Shown in pieces: positions 61,801-64,000 of a stretch of DNA of 64,000 nt; position 1 is the stretch's first letter, and every line of letters starts with the position of its first letter. The notes beneath the pieces are model-generated. The model was not told the origin of the DNA, searched no databases, and was given only the letters and a program-made list of their open reading frames with translations. The translations under genes and the position numbers were made by a program. The stretch is from a virus: IMG/VR virus record IMGVR_UViG_3300046169_000081, positions 2,406-66,405 of that record, one strand, 5' to 3'.

Positions 61801-62098
61801 GACCACCTCCTCTTTTAGCCATTGGAACCTCAACAACATAATCAGCATCTCCGTAGTTTATATTTTTTTCTCCGGGTTTCATATCTTTAACAATACCATT
61901 GTTTCCATATCCTCTAACTGGAAAGTCCACACCTTCCATAGTAATATCTGCTGATGGTATAATATTAAAAGGATTATTTACATCAGGACTATCTGACTTA
62001 TATCCATCTATAGAAAACATGCCAGTAATGTATGTAAACTGTTCGTTTGGTCCACCGGGTAATCCTATTGATTCTATATGTTTAAAGTTCTTTTTCAT
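58844..62098 (-). CDS. modular virion cargo protein (1084 aa): Zn ribbon, two ART-like domains, lysozyme/transglycosylase-like domain
   Basis: CNSC...CHKC; RLNRVE...GNWFND...SEYVLP; LRQVG...GPFFKKG; IAFHESG...GRGLFQFE; modules separated by GG linkers. Confidence 0.6.
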   Translation of the reverse strand: MKKNFKHIESIGLPGGPNEQFTYITGMFSIDGYKSDSPDVNNPFNIIPSADITMEGVDFPVRGYGNNGIVKDMKPGEKNINYGDADYVVEVPMAKRGGGLLTKTMKCNSCGWKWKAADGGNDLTTCHKCGGEALPIAQDGGKVKVPDITVDKIKEKLKFERSYQDKDFKDLEIKDVDDEYVSFSFGKNNYTYPVDWFMKEVRNKIPTPTKLNSAKLTPLTVSNSIETSQINVPRIPTSYEAIITPDANMANPNPSWMSKEMKVEGDENRMRELMRMFGDSRSRDIQINPKYKNGGVPIAQSGKEQPTISQYEEPAWYEKALDYLASPMTAFGYSARNQDLPDSIPINAENRNAFDGVIDAINPFAWAKYAASAKRNAEEGEYLDAGFDALGAIPIVPAWLSKGKNVAKNAPLDKLDELVEVVTGDGSIKKIPKKDAVRLNRVEDANVSNTSFSNYEDGNWFNDKLSKFYIDKTKDAMSQADFIEVLEPAAPRRLITAYFDPADAKNFNLYTGTATERALNMSGGMGNMPISSEYVLPPPLVKQIRETGKIPGASAFIGNADEVLKNLSDFYKKYGGDISDLDKAQLGAFLKKLKPAIKKGANYIDEFIQNDLYKYNPWAYNNINSKLPEFLQFNKENEKWLRQVGEPAIRDAQATRTVREMGEEISPRVFAEKLAELQNLQPGMFQLSKRYPGPFFKKGETFFDYNKKSKSGLDGKRNTRGRSGSADYLIEFDPSDPIKYQGMDSYFQPAYMQNMMVDPTPMNKWVGDIGIMKPKMRNVENFNFYKKDPFFAYRKVPLDKLQEGGQAPFDKESWEYYRQQNPEAVMNPPVNDSVVIPPKDGFTKQEFIENLAKPKPEFQKAKTLNFNNILDYVVDTRGGTKELWGKAADTIAFHESGPWARMDPKAKQYLGGPGRGLFQFEPPSLKTAQKRYTNIAKSKGFTPNPDILNAKSADELNAQDQYTLFFANLIESDAKLADYAEGKMKLEDLWLKGHKNVESQGDRNSFLESFNAAEKEGIEGGYSSFEGGGELTLYDIYKKYVMGGATDDTSKSIYDKLNRVHYTDAKGLGMSVPNYILTYVMKSS

Positions 62099-64000
62099 TA
62101 TCTCATTGAAAGTAATAGTTTAGTATTCTCCAGTCTTAACAACATTTTTCTATTTCCTGATTCTTGTCTTTTCAACAAAACATGATTTGAATAATGTCTA
62201 AACTTTTTACGTTGCATTGCTGGTTTATAATAATTTAAATTAGTTGAGTTTAAAGGTCTAATGTATCCATTACACTCTGTATTAAATACAGATTGTTCTG
62301 CATTACTAAACTCACCTCTATCATTAGTAATATCCGCAAATTGATTAAATCTAAACTTATGTTCTACTTTAGAAGCTAGAATAGTTGTAGAGTTAGCACT
62401 AGTTATTGGATATTGTAATTCACCCCATGGATCATTATAAGGTTGAGAAACAATATTTAACAAACCTGATACTTGCTCATTATTGTAAATAATAGCTTTG
62501 TCAAAATTAAACAATAAATCTTCCCATTTATCACCTCCACACATATTATATTCAGGCTCACCTTTATATACATAAGTTTCAAGTTGATACTCAATACTTC
62601 TTACAGTGTTAACTGCTTGTCCAGTATTTGAAATCAATTCAATTTCCCAAGGATAGCTTTTCCCATAATAATTTGCAAATAAATCACATCTAACATTATG
62701 TCTCCAAAAAGATCCTGTTTTATAACTTGGTTGTACAAAGTCTGTATAATATGTATCACATATAGGTGGGGTTGGATCAACCCAATTAGGATCTCCTATA
62801 TAAGCCAACTCTGGCATTGTATCTGGACAAGTGCCTAACAATGTACTTGTAAAGTTAGGAAGAGGTGGAGGACAAGTACAAGAAACTTGTCTACAAACAG
62901 GTGGTGTTATATCATCACATGTACCTGTTGGTGCATCATAAAATCCATTTGATCCCAAATAAACTAGTTCATAGCCTGTTGGACATTCACATATATAAGG
63001 TGTTGAACATACCGCTCCTGCAATTGCATTTGCTGTTTGATCTAAACCTGCATTATCTAAGGCATCTGTTGTAAATTGATAAGGAGCAGAAGGTACACCT
63101 GGTTGAGAGTAATTTGTACCACTAATAGAATTTAATAAAGCAGCATTACCCGGTACTCCATTATCACCATTACCTACAAAACCACCCCATATTTCTTGCT
63201 TATTAGGATCACCTAAATTAGTGTTTGCCCAACCGCCTGTATTACCATTTCCTGCTAAAGGTGTTTGAAATGCAGTAACAGCCGGGTTAGGCACAGCACC
63301 TCCAGTACCATCAGTAATACAAATCAATACTTGCCTAAATGTTCCAGACTGTGATCTTGCAGGATAATTTGCAGCTAGTTGAGAGTGTACTTTATCATTT
63401 AATAAAGCTAGTGCACCAGCCCCTGTTGTTGGCGTTGATGTACCTAAAGCCGCATCAGCATCTGTACTATTACCAGCATTAAACCAATTGTTTTGGTACC
63501 AATTGATTATTGCTACTCTATCTATTCCATTATTCCATGTACCACCTCCTCCAACACCTGTATATAAAGAAGTATTGCTTGTAAAAAACTGCACTGAATT
63601 AGAAGCCCACTTTGCAAATCCAATTTGCATTGTTCCATTATTTAAAGCGCTATCTATTAATGGATTATTTAAAAATACATCTAACCATCTTAATTCTGCA
63701 CTTGATCTACAAGTATTTCCAACAACACCAGTACCGGGAATTAGTTGTCCTGTTGCATCAAACTGCATTGGTACGTAATTAGGTGCATTACCATTACAAC
63801 TTTGGTTTGTACTCCCGGAAGAATCCATAGTAATAACTAAATCTATTAAACATGCTTCAGGACCACCTGTAACTGATGCTGCTACTTCATCTACATTTAT
63901 TGTAGCTGGTATTTGTGTGTTCTGTACAATTTCACATAAGCCTGTTGTAGCATTAAAGCTGTATCCTGGAGGACATATTGGAACATCACTCTCAATTGTT
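62098..64000 (-). CDS. tail muzzle/stabilisation protein, 3' part (5' end beyond window), with a vWA insertion
   Basis: Frame is open from the window edge (TIESDVPICPPGY...LVITMDSSGS); C-terminus WRHN...NYYG..YPWEIE...FDKAIIYNNEQVSG...RFNQFAD...KKFR resembles crAss-like tail stabilisation proteins. Confidence 0.7.
   Translation of the reverse strand, partial: TIESDVPICPPGYSFNATTGLCEIVQNTQIPATINVDEVAASVTGGPEACLIDLVITMDSSGSTNQSCNGNAPNYVPMQFDATGQLIPGTGVVGNTCRSSAELRWLDVFLNNPLIDSALNNGTMQIGFAKWASNSVQFFTSNTSLYTGVGGGGTWNNGIDRVAIINWYQNNWFNAGNSTDADAALGTSTPTTGAGALALLNDKVHSQLAANYPARSQSGTFRQVLICITDGTGGAVPNPAVTAFQTPLAGNGNTGGWANTNLGDPNKQEIWGGFVGNGDNGVPGNAALLNSISGTNYSQPGVPSAPYQFTTDALDNAGLDQTANAIAGAVCSTPYICECPTGYELVYLGSNGFYDAPTGTCDDITPPVCRQVSCTCPPPLPNFTSTLLGTCPDTMPELAYIGDPNWVDPTPPICDTYYTDFVQPSYKTGSFWRHNVRCDLFANYYGKSYPWEIELISNTGQAVNTVRSIEYQLETYVYKGEPEYNMCGGDKWEDLLFNFDKAIIYNNEQVSGLLNIVSQPYNDPWGELQYPITSANSTTILASKVEHKFRFNQFADITNDRGEFSNAEQSVFNTECNGYIRPLNSTNLNYYKPAMQRKKFRHYSNHVLLKRQESGNRKMLLRLENTKLLLSMR

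Noticed and set aside
2223-63778. Numerous 60-125 aa ORFs antisense to or nested in long genes (e.g. 3392-3709, 24661-25035, 40776-41093, 43779-44105, 50292-50606)
   Set aside because: Shadow ORFs with Ser/Leu/Ile/Phe-rich composition expected from the reverse complement of real genes; no motifs.
1-64000. Stop-codon reassignment (TAG or TGA), known in some crAss-like phages
   Set aside because: Long genes are intact in code 11, and TAG and TGA end genes at sensible places (12456, 29810, 3150). The two broken genes fail by indels, not in-frame stops.
1-64000. CRISPR array, tRNA genes, integrase/transposase, reverse transcriptase/DGR
   Set aside because: No regularly spaced repeats, cloverleaf-like intergenic segments or matching protein motifs seen by eye; intergenic gaps are short. 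tRNAscan/CRISPR tools were not run.

Overview
This window is 64 kb of an AT-rich, gene-dense dsDNA phage genome using the standard genetic code. Its gene content and order match a crAss-like (Crassvirales-type) phage, probably infecting an environmental Bacteroidota/Flavobacteriia host; the host call is inferred from TAnnTTTG promoter boxes and gene families. Positions 0.4-20.2 kb (+ strand) hold the replication and nucleotide module: UDG, a DnaA-domain-IV protein, DnaB helicase, Sak4-like ATPase, SSB-like protein, primase, RusA-like resolvase, a vWA-peptidase/MoxR cluster, PD-(D/E)xK exonuclease, family B DNA polymerase, MazG, SET, an SPL-like radical SAM enzyme, a frameshifted DUF932 gene and a dNTP diphosphohydrolase. 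Positions 20.2-64 kb (mostly - strand) hold the virion and lysis module: fibre-like proteins, two holins, basic microproteins, an inverted nrdB-nrdA pair, about 31 kb of giant cargo (ejected) proteins and the 3' part of the tail muzzle/stabilisation gene. The cargo block includes a virion RNA polymerase (DFDID motif) that becomes one ~4,760-aa ORF once two single-base insertions are removed. Three observations stand out. (1) A [K/Q]-x-G-G linker motif recurs in at least five presumed head-packaged proteins and splits a 1084-aa protein into cassettes (Zn ribbon, two ART-like domains, a lysozyme-like domain). (2) A 171-codon accessory domain in the virion RNAP is flanked in frame by 27-bp direct repeats. 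(3) A five-gene vWA-MoxR module contains three uncharacterised genes that share a helical motif. All product calls come from motif recognition; no database searches were run.
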